NCBI RefSeq assembly: GCF_009914755.1 | Contig: NC_060933.1 | DNA: 64,000 nt | Strand: one strand, 5' to 3' | DNA from: the human T2T-CHM13v2.0 reference genome, Homo sapiens | In this document: in pieces, positions 1 through 15,390 of the stretch | Numbering within the stretch: position 1 is the stretch's first letter | How the letters are laid out: every line of letters begins with the position of its first letter | Translations under genes and position numbers: made by a program | The notes under the pieces: generated by a model | What the model was told of the DNA's origin: nothing | Databases searched by the model: none | Seen by the model: the letters and a program-made list of their open reading frames with translations, nothing else

Positions 1-19
1 CAACTCACTTGATCTTTGC

Positions 20-160
20 AATAATTTTATGAGGTAATTGAGATAGGCATTACTCTCCTCATATTAAAGATGTTGAACCAATGATCAGAGAGCTTAAGTG
101 ACTTGTACAAGGTCACACAGTGAATTAGAAATTGACTCAGGATTTGAAACTAGGTCTTCT
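20..160 (-). mobile_element. MIR SINE fragment
   Basis: MIR core-like AGAGAGCTTAAGTGACTTGTACAAGGTCACACAG. Confidence 0.65.
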
Positions 161-1137
161 GATAATAGGGTACTACTGTATCTGCCCAATAACTATAATT
201 GGATCAAAAGGGTCCCTGATAAACCAGTTGAGAATATTGTCCCCTGTGGGCTAGCAAATAACTTTCCAAACCATGGCTAGGGGAGGCTGGTTTTACTCTG
301 ACAACAAAAACCATTTGTCCTTGTTTCTTGTGGAAATTTCCCAGCAGTTCTTGATTTCACTTTACCCCTCCTTCTCAATAAATCTCTGTTTCAGTCAGAA
401 ACCAGAGGCCTTGCTTAGAAATTTCACAAAGGACCTGTTCTGATATGTAAGTGACCATTTAAAAGGATTATTCATGCTTGCTGGTTGGGAATCAGAATTC
501 TGTGGGGCTCTGACGTGGTGCTTTGTTCTGGGTATTTGATCTGTTGTGTAGGTCCCAGGTGGATTCTCATGATGGACACTTTATAAGCTTCTTTCTTCCT
601 AGGTAAAATCAATGCAGCTTCAAAATTTTGACCTTGACAGTGGTTTCCCATATAGCTTATTTTTTTTTAATTAGTAAAATTATAGGAATGTGCCCATAAA
701 TGCCAGGCCCTGGAATAATAACAACTGAGGACACAGTTGAGACCCATTAAATGACACACTTGCCTAAACTCCTGGGATTCCAGAATAAGGGGAGGCCTGT
801 ACCCTTGAGGCTGATGAATTATTCAGACAAACTTTCATTGTTCACAGATAATTGTGGTTCCCCAAGGGAAGATTTTCAGTGTCTTTAATTTCTACTCTTA
901 CAGTGTCACTAAAACAAGGATTCCATTTAGCCCAGAATAATACAGTTTCAGCCTTGAAAATGGCATTCTTTTGGGGCTTTGTCATTCTAAATGTGTCTGA
1001 TTTGTGGTTGCAGATGAATCTGTGTTGCTGAAACATTTTGGTTCAAATGATTTCAGAAGTAAAACACATTGAAAGTATGTTTGTGGCCTGAGGTCCATCT
1101 CCACCCCATGTAGAGGTATTAAATAATCCTTTGTGTC

Positions 1138-1700
1138 ATCATCCTTCAACAATATTTATGAAGCACCCATCTGTGCTTGGGGCTGTGCCGAATTCTGTGC
1201 AAAACAAGGCAAACACACACAGCCTGAAGCCCTATTCACTAGACATATTTACAGTCTCAAACACGGCTAGCATCCTTGAATACATCCCAAGAAGGTAGAT
1301 CTAAAAAGTATGTTTTGACTATGAAAAAGGCCATCCAAGGTCCACCACCCATAAACAGGGTGGTGAATGGATTAGTGCTCATCTACCCTCTATTTGCTCT
1401 TATGCCACCCCTATGGTTCACCATGTATCCACTCAAGAAATATTTATTAAGGACCTCCTATGTCCTAGACACGGTCCCCGTGGCGGTGCTTTCAGTCTAA
1501 TGGGGAAGACAAAGAATAACAAGTAAGGGAAACATACAGAAACACAAATTGTAACACAGGCTAGTGGAAATGAACTTGGTGCAGTACTCATTGGTGGGCA
1601 TCGAGCATCTTGCTTAGATAGGAGATCCAGGGAAGGACTCTTGGAGGAGATTAGGCATAGGACCAAAGATCAGAAACAGGTATCTGGACCTGACTGGGAT
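1138..1700 (-). mobile_element. L2 3'-end fragments
   Basis: CTTCAACAATATTTATGAAGCACC and CACTCAAGAAATATTTATTAAGGACCTCCTATGT resemble the L2 3' terminus in antisense. Confidence 0.55.
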
Positions 1701-2749
1701 GCTGGGATTAGAAATGACACCCACACATGTGAAAACACTTATTCCTCAGAAGGTAGTCTACAGCTATTTGTTGCCAATTCCCAATCTAAAATATGTACTA
1801 TAGCTTTATCTTGAACATACTCAGCTGATCGTTGGAATCCAGACAGTGTTAATCCTCCAAGTATGCAAGTATCTACTGATCTCTGGTGATCTCGATTCTT
1901 ACCACGTCCTTTAGATCTGTGCTGTTTCATCTCCCAGATCAGTCATGATGGATGACAGTGGCGGAAGAGATAGTGATGTGAGCTCATATGTAATTACTCA
2001 GTCTCCCATACATTGCTTCTGCTATAGAATGATGGGAATTATTTCGCTTTAGCAGATAAATATGTTCAAATGTAACCTACATTAACATAAAAGAAAAAAA
2101 GAAGAAAGCCCTTTATCCTGTAAGTTATTGCCCTGAAACTCTGTATAGCTGATTCAGTTAGGATCAAGGCAGGAAAGAGATGGCACCCTCAAAAAGGTCT
2201 TACTAAAGAGAATTTAGTAATTGTAACTTAATAACCTGGTCTAAGGAACGGATGAGGTTAAGGAAACCAAAAAACACAAGAAGGAATGGGGAGGTACCTT
2301 AGCAACAGCAATAGCAGGAAGCTGTTAACACCCCTAGGACTAAGAAGGGTCCAGGGGAGAGGTCAGGGTGACCACAGCCTAGTGAGATCTGGAGTTGTGA
2401 AAAGTGGGCGGTCAGACAAGAGCTGAACTTGGCAGGGGGGAGAAATGCCCCAACTTGTCTCTTCTCACCCTCCAACCTCCTGCTGGTGCCTCCTATAACC
2501 AAACCGCACTGGAAGCCAGAGGGCAGCCTATGGAGTTCTGCCTCCTGGGGAAGAGAACAGGGCATTTGATGAAGTGGGGATTTTGGGGTAGAAGGGGACA
2601 AAAAGCCACCAGCATAAATGGCACAATGGCCCATCTTTTTGCTTATTTCTACTTGCTTATCTCCTAGTCTCATCCTCTTCCCTCTTTTTTGGACTTCAGG
2701 CATAGAGAGTCGACTTAATCATACTCATCATTGAACAATCCTTTAATAA

Positions 2750-3600
2750 TTGGTCTGATTGAAGGCTCATTTCTTATTACTTTAAAAATGATAATGCATT
2801 TCTTTTCTCTCTGTTTGACTGCCCCACCATAGACAACCACAAAAAATGTGTTTATTGGGTTTTGTGTATATATTTTTTGCATATATTTTTACTTAATATG
2901 ACTAGTACTATATAAGAGATTGTATTTGATTTCTTACCTTTTTTTCCACTAAAGACCACACTTTAAGATCCTCTTGATGGCTGTACATCCATCTAGGGTG
3001 TTGCTTCAAACTGCTGCTTATTTGTCCATGAGTGCATCCATGATATTTTGCCCTTGATTCCCTCAGCAATGAACACTCAGACTGCTTCTCACTTCCTATC
3101 ACAGTGAATACTGCTGCACAGGCACCCTGTGGATATGTGTGAGAATCTCTTCAACACGTGTATTCAGAAGCAGAATTATTGGGCCAGAGGGGGTGTCTAT
3201 ACTTAATTTAGTCAATTTTAACCAAATACTGTCAGATTGCACTCCAGAATGCCCATCTCTTGCCTGCTTCTCCAACCGGTCTCTAAGTTCCTGCATCTTC
3301 AAATCCAGGCCAACACTTCATGTTGTCTAACTTTCTAATTTTTATCCAGTAGACTAGATAGAGAGTAACATACCATTGCAGTTTTAATTTTTCATGTCTC
3401 ACATTACTAATGAGCTTAAGCATCTCTTCATATGCTTGAGAAATTTGGGAGTTTCCTTTTCTATTAATTGCCTATTCCTGTCCTTTGACCATTTTTTTTT
3501 TTTCTATTTAGGGTTCTTCTTTTTAGTCTGATGAATTTGCAGAAGTTCCTTGGATGATCTAGATACTAGACCCGTTGTCAGTTTTAGACACTTCTAATTT
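2750..3600 (-). mobile_element. Ancient L1 (L1ME-like) ORF2 end/3'UTR fragment
   Basis: Degenerate L1 antisense motifs, e.g. ATACCATTGCAGTTTTAATTTTTCATGTCTCACATTACTAATGAG and CATCTCTTCATATGCTT. Confidence 0.65.
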
Positions 3601-4092
3601 TCATCTTTTATCTTTAGACAAAATTTTACTCCTGATTTCGATAGCCAAATTGATATCAGTAGACAGATCTGTTATAGACAACTCAAATTTAACATGTATA
3701 AATAGCAACTTTTCTAATTTTTCCTGAAAATTGTTTTTCCTGTGTTTAGTCTCTGCATGAGTCACCTATTATCTAAATAATAAACCTTGGAATAATCCCT
3801 CATTCCAGATGTACCACTAATCACTGGGTTTTGTTAGAAGGATCCCTTAAATGTTTTTAAATCATTATTTCTTCTCCATTCCTACTTTTCCTTTCCTAAT
3901 TTACGTTCTCATTATCTTTTGCTTGGACTATTGTAATAGTCAATAAACTGTTCCCACTTCCTCTAGACTTCCTCTTCTTCATTTCCTCTTCTGTACTGTC
4001 CCAAGGGCAGTTGTTCTAAAGCAGAAAGTCGTGCATTTTCTTCCCTTGTTTAAAATGGGTTGGTGGGCTTTGAATGCCTGCAGGAGATTCCG

Positions 4093-4159
4093 TCTCCTGA
4101 TTATACAACATGCATAATCTCCTGATTATAGAACATGCATAATCTCCTGATTATGAACA
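4093..4159. repeat. 25-bp tandem repeat, ~2.7 copies
   Basis: Unit TCTCCTGATTATA(C/G)AACATGCATAA. Confidence 0.85.
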
Positions 4160-5734
4160 CTTCACTCCTGCAGACATTCTTATCCTACACTCTAAACATG
4201 TCATGCTGCTTACAGTTCCCCAAATTCGATGCCCTCACATTTCTATGCCTTTGCATGCACTTCTGTCCCTGAAATGTATTCCCTTTGCCCCACCTCATTC
4301 CACTTTGTTCTTCTTTATCTTTTATGGCTTGAGTCAAGCATCCCCTTCTCAGTAAGTCCTTTGATACCATGTTCCCTCCACCCCAACAGATATTTCAAAA
4401 AGTTAACTACTATGAGCTATCAACATGCTTCTTTTGACTTTGGTACAGAGAGACATCTGGTGATACTATCTGTTGATTGCAAAGAAAAATATACCCGACT
4501 AATAAGAAGAAAATGAATGGTGCATAATGACCCAATCTCCTTTGGATATAATAAAACTATGCCTGATTTGTGGTCTTCATTTACATTTAGGTGAGTTTGT
4601 AATGAGTTGGATTTTTAGTAATGATATGTGGGTACTGACGCTCTTAGCAAATACAGCTTAATCAATGTGAGATGAAAGGAAGCAACTGCATTGTAGTTAT
4701 TTCCTAGTCGATAATGAAAAACTCCCCACAGCCTGAACTTAAGCGCAAGGTTGTTTATTCCCTGCCCTGGCAAATTGAATGAGGACTGGATTCACTACCA
4801 AGGCATTTACAAGATGCATAAGGTGGCCTTCCTTTATGGTTTGTGTGTTGACCTACTGGAAAGGATGCTGAGACTGGTTCAAGTCTGTAATTGTGTGTTT
4901 CTAAGAGTTGGTGTCTAATGGGAAAGTGATCTCAGGCCTGTAGTTAGTAAAAAGCATTTATGTATTAACTGGCTAGAGTGAGAGGAATAAATTTTTAACA
5001 CTTAAGACTATAAACTGTAGGAGATTTGGAGATAGTGGCTAAATCCTCTTGGAAATGCTGGATGCATCATCTTTTATTCAATTTTTCTGAGCCATCTTGG
5101 GTTTCTGCTATCTGAGTTAGTCAGAAAAACACTTAGATGAATGTTAAGTAACCCAAGTGCTAAAATATATAGTCGTCATCACTCTCCCATGAGAACTGAA
5201 AGACGAACCTTTTTTGGAAGTCAGCTCTCTTTTATCTGCTGTATTTGTGAGGACTCTTTGATACTCAGATTCTGTCTCGGGAAGGGCATTGTCATTATTT
5301 AGGGTGTCCAGCAGCCTATTTTCAGCCCTCCCACCGATGTGGCCCTTCTTGGTCTAAACAAGTCACTTTGACCAGTGGTGGATGGATCCAATACTGAAAG
5401 AAGCTCCTTAGAATCGCCCTGTCTGATTAGGGATTCAAGGCTACTTTAAACTGGGGTTTCAATGCCATCCAGTCTCAGTGCCACCCAGTCTCCAACATGT
5501 GGCGTGCTGTTGTTCTCCAACGGGAACATTAACTTCATGGCCTGCCTTTGTAATCTCAATTTTGGTCTTCCGAGGCTACATTTGGTTAAATAACCTCTCT
5601 CTTTTATTCCTTGTGACTTAAAATATTTATTCAATTTAAAAATCAATCCCATTGATTACTGCAAAGAGGCATGAGGTATATATTTTGAGCTGATAAAAAT
5701 GTTCCATATCTTGATTACAGTGGTAGTTACACAG

Positions 5735-5736
<2 letters not shown>

Positions 5737-5782
<46 letters not shown>
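5737..5782. repeat. (TA)n(TG)n(TA)n microsatellite
   Basis: Direct reading. Confidence 0.9.
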
Positions 5783-5795
5783 TTGTCAAAGCTCA

Positions 5796-6141
<346 letters not shown>

Positions 6142-6928
6142 TTACATAAACTATACCTTGATAAAGGTGATAAAAATAATCAAACTCTATTTATTTAAAA
6201 ATAAAACAAAGCTTCTCTCTTGGAACTTCTTTTCTGACTAGGGGCAAGAATCATTGCTCTCTTTGAATGACTCTAGTTCCCAGCATAGAGGTTTGTATTT
6301 ACTAGACCACCAATAAACATTGGTTAGGTTCAGGTGAGTTGAATTGTCTCTGGAATCACTGTTTACTGCTTTCCTTTTTGTTTGAACCAGGACATAAATA
6401 TATGGCCTGCAATCTTGTCTTTGGAAAAGACATAACTTACACAGTTGGAGGTTCTCAGATATCAGTCATTAGTCAAATTTATTGGTGATATAAAAGATAT
6501 AAGGAAGGTAGTTTAGCCCGGCCTAACTCTCAATCATATGCTTTGTCAAGCCACCAGAGAAGTTTGGTGCTTGACAACGTTTTAAAATGAAGGAGGATAA
6601 TGTTAAGTCATCTTAGGCCTGAAGGTACTTCTGGAGTGAAAGAGCATTGCAGTTCTTGTGTGTGCTTTATATTTCAAAATGTATTTTGTAGCTCTCCCCA
6701 CCAAAAAAGTTTTAAAATGGATTTCAGCTTCAACTTTCTAGGGTAGTGTTGAGCTGGGTCTATTGAAATACTGCTTAAATGCTTGCTAAATATCACTGAT
6801 TTCACTTTACCTGTCATGCTGAGGGAAAGATAGTATCTAAGATAGATGTGCAGGGTGAATCAAGATGCTGCCTGAAAGTTTTGTGTGCTCAGGAAAGCAT
6901 TTTTATTTACAAGTGAACTCTATTACAG

Positions 6929-7361
6929 CAGAGATCCCCAACCCCAGGCCACATAGCAGGTGAGTGAGCATTACTGCATGAGTGCCACCTCCTGTCAGAT
7001 CGGTGGCAGCATTAGATTCTCATAGGAGAGCAAATCCTACTGTGAACTGTGCATGTGAGGAGTCTAGGTTGCATGCTCCTTATGAGAATCTAATGCCTGA
7101 TGATCTGTCACTGTCTCCCATCATCTCCAGATGGGAACCATCTAGTTTCAGGAAAACAAGCTCAGGGCTCCCACTGATTCTACATTATGGTGTGTTGTAT
7201 AATTATTTCAGTATATATTACAACATAATAATAATAGAAATAAAGTTCACAATAAATGGAATGTTCTCGAATCATCCCCAAATCATCCCCCTCCCCGAGT
7301 CTGTGGAAAAATTGTCTTCCACGAAACCGGTCCGTGGTGCCAAAAAGGTTGGGGACCACTA
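6929..7361 (+). mobile_element. MER1A (hAT-Charlie) DNA transposon fossil
   Basis: Inverted termini ..ATCCCCAACC / GGTTGGGGACCAC and internal GCATTAGATTCTCATAGGAG..CCTTATGAGAATCTAATGC. Confidence 0.88.
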
Positions 7362-7965
7362 TGTTATATAGTATGTTGTTTGATTGTCATACAAACCTTC
7401 AGAAGTATTTGAGGCAGGCACTATTATTGACATTGTATTTACAGAAAAATATGATGATGAGACGTTAAGTAATTGCCCAAGGTCACACAGAATAAATTAG
7501 TCAATATTGGTACCAGATAATCTGGCTCAAGCCTCATAATCTCTTCACTATTCCTTATTTGTGAGGGCAGCAAAAGTTCTGATTATACTCCGAGTGAAAG
7601 TCATTCGTGTGGGTTGGTGTGGGGGTAGGGGTGGGGGTAGGGAGAGAGACCTGTATTACCCCCAAGGTGGTAGATAACATCAGATAAGCAGAATTAATTT
7701 CAACCCAATACGTCTGTAACTTTGACGTTGAATATCACTACTGTTTAGTAAAACTCTGGAAGAAGCAGTCCTGGCTTTAACTTAAGACTTCCAGGAAAAT
7801 GTTGACCGTAGTTCAAGGTAAGGTTGGAAATTTACATCTTTGCCTCAGGATCTGCTTGAAGATCATCATCAGCAGCTGCATTAAAAAGTATTTATTAGGC
7901 TTCAGCAGCTTTTCTCCCTTATATTCTGGGTAAAGTGGGTTAAGCAGGTATGATTCCTTCTAGAG

Positions 7966-8273
7966 GTTGTTTTGTTTTGTTTTGTTTTGGAGATGAAGTC
8001 TTGCTGTGTTGCCCAGGCTGGAGTGCAGTGGTGCAGTCTCGGCTCACTGCAACCTCTACCTCCTAGGTTCAAGCAATTCTCATGCCTCAGCCTCCTGAGT
8101 AGCTGGGATTACAGGCATGTGACAAAATGCCTGGCTAATTTTTTTGTATTTTTACTAGAGACAGGGTTTTGCCATGTTGGCCAGGCTGGTTTTTAACTCC
8201 TGGCCTCAAGTGATCCACCCACCTTGGCCTCCCAAAGTGCTGGGATTAGAGGTGTGAGCTACTGCACCCAGCC
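7966..8273 (-). mobile_element. AluS
   Basis: Antisense Alu with a (TTTTG)n tail. Confidence 0.93.
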
Positions 8274-9409
8274 TAAGTTTTAAATCTGAGATAGACAACA
8301 CTGATGACCAGAAACATAAAAGATATCGATTAAGTACAATGAGATCCTCTAGTAAATAATGTGTTAGCAGTTGGATATGAGATGCCCGAGCCTAGGAAAA
8401 AATGAAAACAAATCTTGTCAGCCCTATCTATATGCCCTACACAGGTGAGGGCGGAATCCAGACCTGGGAATCCAGTCATCTCATCTCTGATCAAGTTGCT
8501 GCCTGACAGTTAAATTTGTCATTTGGAGTTCCAAGTTCTTTTAGAGTCCCTGATGGCATTGGTGGTTTATATTCTGGCATGAGGGAAAACTCCTTGTAAG
8601 TTGATGCCTGTATTTAAGAATGCAAGATCCACCAGGACTCACAGAGAGATCATATCACTTGGGATCTTTGTGCAGCAAATTAGAGAAAACTAGCTGAAAT
8701 GGGGCCTAAATAGCAAAAGGAATGTGTTGGCCCACGTAACTGAGGTAGATTGGCCTCAGGTGAACCGTGATCCAGCAGCTCACATGATACTACCATTTGA
8801 CCTGGTATTCCCTCGTCTGCTTTGCCTTAGATGGTATCACTCTTATCCCTAGGCTCTGAGCCTCTGACTGTCTGGTCCAGATAGCAAGTGTCTGCAGGAT
8901 TTCTAGACCCCATGCTCTTACACCAGCTTGTCTATGAAGATGGAAGACAAAGCTTTTCTTTCCAAGAAAAAACTGAAAACATCAACTCAAGTCTTGACTT
9001 TGGTTGGGGTTTGTACTTTCTCTGACTCATTGATTCTCTGGGGCTATAGACGATGGGATAGACTGACAGTCTTAAGCCTCCTTCCCCTCATTAGGTAGAG
9101 CTAGGAGGAGGGTCATTCCTTCCCAAACTAAGTGACTAAGAATGGATACGTTTGTCCTCCAAAGCAAGATCTTTCTTTTTTCCTTCCAGAAAGAGTAACT
9201 GCAGTAATTAGGACCCAATTGATGGCAAAGGGGTATGATCTAGGTGAGTCCATTGGGGTGCAGTTCTGGAGGGGGAATTCAGGACCTTCTTCTTACCTCC
9301 TCCTACCCCTGCAAATAGTCTGAGACTCACTAATAACTGACAGTGGTATTCAAATTGGAACAGTGGTTCTTGCCTCTGACCTTTGCATGTGCTCAAGTAG
9401 CCATCTGTC

Positions 9410-9570
9410 CTTCTTTCTCATCCTCTCCTCTTTATTCCTTTCTTCCTTCTTCCCACCCTTTCCCTCCATCTCTATTCCTCCCTCCTTCCCTTCGCTTCTC
9501 CTTCCCTTCTCCCTCCTTCCTTCCTTCCTTCTTTTCTTATCTTCCCTTCCTCCCCACCTTGCCTACCTCT
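9410..9570. repeat. CT-rich low-complexity (polypyrimidine) tract
   Basis: Near-pure C/T run with CCTT units. Confidence 0.85.
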
Positions 9571-10066
9571 CACATTTCCATTTTCCAAAAAACCTTTTTT
9601 AGCCCCTTTTGTGTGCCAAGCACACTGCATGGTACTGGATATTCCTGATGGAGCTCATCTTCCCTTCCATGTTCCCTTTTCCTTTAGCAAACTTCACTGC
9701 CAACAAAATGTGTTAATATTCTCTGTGTAAGGTGTTCTGCTAGATTCAGGGAGGTCCGTGGCTTCAGCGTGAATCTGAAGGATAGAGCTGGGGAGTGTTT
9801 TTAAATCATGATGACATTGTTCATAAAGATTGTGTCACACAGATTCTACTACCTATATTTTGGGGTGGGAGGGAGAGACAGGGAATGTAGTTTAAGAAAA
9901 GCAAGCATTTATGTCTGCCAGTGTTCTCAAATGAGCTCATGTATGAAGTGGGACATGGAACTCGCTGACCTTTATTGGCCTCTGCATTCAGACTACCTGG
10001 GGTTGAATTCTAACTCCTCTGCCTTCTGACTTTATGAGCTTGGGCTGTTTACCTAACTTCTCAGGG

Positions 10067-10475
10067 TGTCTTAGTCTATTTTTGGTTTCTTATAACAGAA
10101 TACCTGAAACTTGGTAATTTATGAAGAAAAGGAATTCATTTCTTACAGTTATGGAGGCTGAGAAGTCCAAGGTCCAGGGGCATAACAGGTGAGAGCCTTC
10201 TTACTGTCGAGGACTCTGCAGAGTCCCAAGGTAGTACAGGGGGTGAGGGGGCTGAGCATGCTAGCTCAGGTCTCTCTTCCTCCTCTTATAAAGCCACCAG
10301 ACCCACTCCCATGGTAACTCATTAATCCACTAATCCATGAATGAGTTAATCCATTCATGAGGTCAGAGTCCTCATGACCAAATCCCTTCTTAAAGCCCCC
10401 ACCTCTCGATACTGCCACACTAGGGATGAAGTTTCAACAGAAATTTTGAAGGGGATAAACATTCAAACCATAGCA
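10067..10475 (-). mobile_element. MaLR solo LTR (MST-type), inserted in a MIR
   Basis: TGTCTTAGTC...GGAGGCTGAGAAGTCCAAGGTC...AAACATTCAAACCATAGCA termini. Confidence 0.85.
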
Positions 10476-10500
10476 TGGGGTCTCGTACTGAGGATTAAAT

Positions 10501-10558
10501 TAGGTTATATATATATATATTAGGTTATATATATATATTAGGTTATATATAAATTAGG

Positions 10559-10617
<59 letters not shown>
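10501..10617. repeat. Compound [TAGGT(TA)n]x4 repeat ending in a long (TA)n
   Basis: Direct reading. Confidence 0.9.
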
Positions 10618-10620
<3 letters not shown>

Positions 10621-11003
10621 CTTAGAGCAGTGCCAGTCCACAGTATGCGTTCAATGAAGTTAGCTATTATTGTCATGGCGATGGGGCTTTATGGATAAGA
10701 GAGTGAAGCATAGGCAGTGGATTCTCATGAGTAGTCTCCTGTGCTTCCACATTAAGGACTAAATGTTGGCCAGTGGCTGTGCTCAGGCCCCGTCTTCCAC
10801 ATGTGGATGCTAGTGAGGCAGGGGTGCTTTCTTGCTGTGTATATTCACATTTCAGAGTCCCTCAGAGCTTCCAGAGGACTCTGCTGTGTGAACCTCACAT
10901 ATCTCTATTTTATAGTTTTTCAGATTACTTTGTAAATAATTATTGTTAATTTTCTTTAGCTTTTTAAAAATATGTATTAATATATTGAGCCTTTCAGTTA
11001 TGA

Positions 11004-11316
<313 letters not shown>

Positions 11317-12236
11317 CCTATTGCCTTTTGATCCGTACTTTTTGATTAATATCCTCTAAAACACATGAAAATTCATTGTTCCCTCTGTTAGGTGCTTCCA
11401 TAGAACACATATAGGACCCTAGAAGTCCCATCTCTTTAGAAAAATTATCTTTCTGGGAAAATACAGAGTTTCTTTTATAACACATCTGTGTCTCTGTATG
11501 CTGGCCAAAAGCCTCAAACCCCCGAACAGACCTGAAATGTTTATCCCTACCACTACTTCTGATAATAGGGGTTTGACTTTGTATTGCCCACACATCCCAT
11601 TAAAACATATAATGTGATTTGTGCGCATATTGTGAGCATTTGTTCATTTTATAACCTGTTTAGTAGTTCAGCCAAAAGCAACAAAAGTGAAATAAGAGAA
11701 ACATCCTGAGCAAAAAGAATTGCTCTTTGATATACCTGTGCACTGGCATGAGAGGACAGAGGAGAGATTTGTGAAAGTGGACTCCTTTGTTACTAATATA
11801 ACATCGGCTACTTTCTTTAACAATTAACATCTCAACCCCAATTTATCGTTATTGTGGCTGTTTTTTTGCTTTCATAATGACTTCAGAAAAATTCATAACA
11901 TCATCTGGAGTCCCTTTATCTGCAAAGCCATTAGTCAATTTCACTGGTACTCTAGGGAGAGACTTGGGAAGTGAAAGGTGGACATTTCCCACCAGATGGG
12001 GTTTCTTTACATGACTCTTATCAAATCAGGTGGGTGTTAGGAGCCTGAGAAATGTGAGCGTGAAGAAATGTGAAATGTGAGATTTGGATAAGGTCGTTTG
12101 GATTTAAAGAGGAAATTTCCATCAAGGGCCAACTCCTAGAGGAGATCACAGAGCAGAGGCTGGGGTGTGGCTGCAGGTAGCCATGCCATTGAGCCAAGGT
12201 GGGCTGACTCGAGGAAGAGCTCAAGCAGATGCTTTA

Positions 12237-13770
<1,534 letters not shown>

Positions 13771-14397
13771 AACAAAGCAAAAAAATGTGAGTGTGTGACT
13801 GAAGTGGTACATCTGACTTTGCCACTGATTCTCATCACTTCTCAGGGCCTCGCTTTCCCCATCTAGAAGGGCTGGGATAGTGGCTGTTCTGCAAAGAGCC
13901 CCCAGGGGCCACATTGCGTCTAGCTCATAGCTCTGCCTCCCTAGTAGGATGCAGCCCTTGTCCTCAGGGTTCCAGGCAGTGGGAGCTCCGGCCACCATGC
14001 CCATATTTAGGCAGCAACTAGAGAGAGGATGAAGAGGAAGGACAAAGGACTACACTATCTTTTAAGGAGATTCATGGAAGTGGATAGTTGACACTTTTGC
14101 ATATATCCTATCGGCCAGGACTTAGCGATGTGGCCACACATAGCTCCAAGGGAAGTTGAGAAATGGAGTCTTCATTCTGAATGGCCATGAGCATAGCTAA
14201 AAATGAGGGGTTGTCTTATTAAGATAGAAGGGGATGAGAGTTATAGAGGGACAACTAGCTGTCTGTACTGTGGGTTTAGATGATGTCCTAAACATTCAGT
14301 GTAGAATATTGCAGTCTTCGAAGATGTAAAATATCTTTAATATTTGATTGCTAATTTTTTTCTTTAGACTAAAGAATTTAGGATGCTGACATAAACT

Positions 14398-14466
14398 ATG
14401 ATGATGATATTTTTGATGATGGTGATGAGGATGATGATGATGAGGAGGAGGAGGAGGAGAGGAGGA
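14398..14466. repeat. (GAT)n/(GAG)n triplet repeat
   Basis: Direct reading. Confidence 0.85.
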
Positions 14467-15126
14467 ATATCTACCAGAGAAAATAGTCCAGGGTGTTATA
14501 TATGACAATTTACAACCCGATGAGAAAAGTATTTTTCCCATTTTACAAATAAGTAAATTGATGCTCAGAGTGGGCAAACCTCTGAGGCCAAACCAGGTCT
14601 TACGAATGGAGTCATGATATAGCCACAAAGATTGGGAACAAGGTTTTTGGGAAGCAATGTGGCTCTCTGTTGCAAGTAAAAAAACTGAATTCCAAATGAC
14701 ATAAACAACAAGGAAAAAGTTACATCTCGTATTAAAATGTCTAGAAAGGGCAGCAGCAGAGGTGGGTAATTCATTGCCTTAGCAATGTCTTCAAGGAACC
14801 AGGTTCTATCATTCTCAGGATGTGGTCTTTGACCTTGATGAGATTTCCTCATGGAAAGGCCCCAGCAGTGCGAGCTATTACCCTCACATACGATGTGGTC
14901 TTATGGCAGAAAAGAGACTGCCTACAGTTTATGTGTCTTTTTAAAGTCGGGGAAACTTTTCCAGAAGTCCTCCTGTGCCATATTTGTCCTATTTTGTGTA
15001 AATTCACCTTTGCTGAGGACTAGGTACCTGAATAAAGTCATGATTCTCTTAATATGAAAAGCAGTGGGAATGATTTTGGGTGGGAAACTGTCAACACCTC
15101 TAATTCATTCATAGGTTATTTGCCCA

Positions 15127-15326
15127 TTAGCTGGGTGTGCCTGTAGTCCCAACTACCCCAGAGGCTAAGGCTGGAGGATTGCTTGAGCCCAGGAGTTCAA
15201 GACTACCCTGGGCAACACAGAGACATACAGAGACCCTATCTCTTTAAAAAGTATATATAAATATATATATACACACATATATGTAGTGTGTGTATGTATT
15301 AAATATATAATATGTGTGTGTGTATA

Positions 15327-15387
<61 letters not shown>
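15127..15387 (+). mobile_element. Alu monomer (FLAM-like) followed by a (TA)/(TG) microsatellite
   Basis: GCCTGTAGTCCCAACTAC..GAGCCCAGGAGTTCAAGAC; then a long (TA)n. Confidence 0.8.

Positions 15388-15390
<3 letters not shown>

Noticed and set aside
11989-12002. CTCF-like CCACCAGATGGGGT
   Set aside because: Mismatch at the conserved GGC core; unsupported without ChIP data.
14296-14628. Poly-Ser/Pro/His ORF resembling a transcription-factor tract
   Set aside because: Product of a triplet microsatellite plus a MIR; no exon context.
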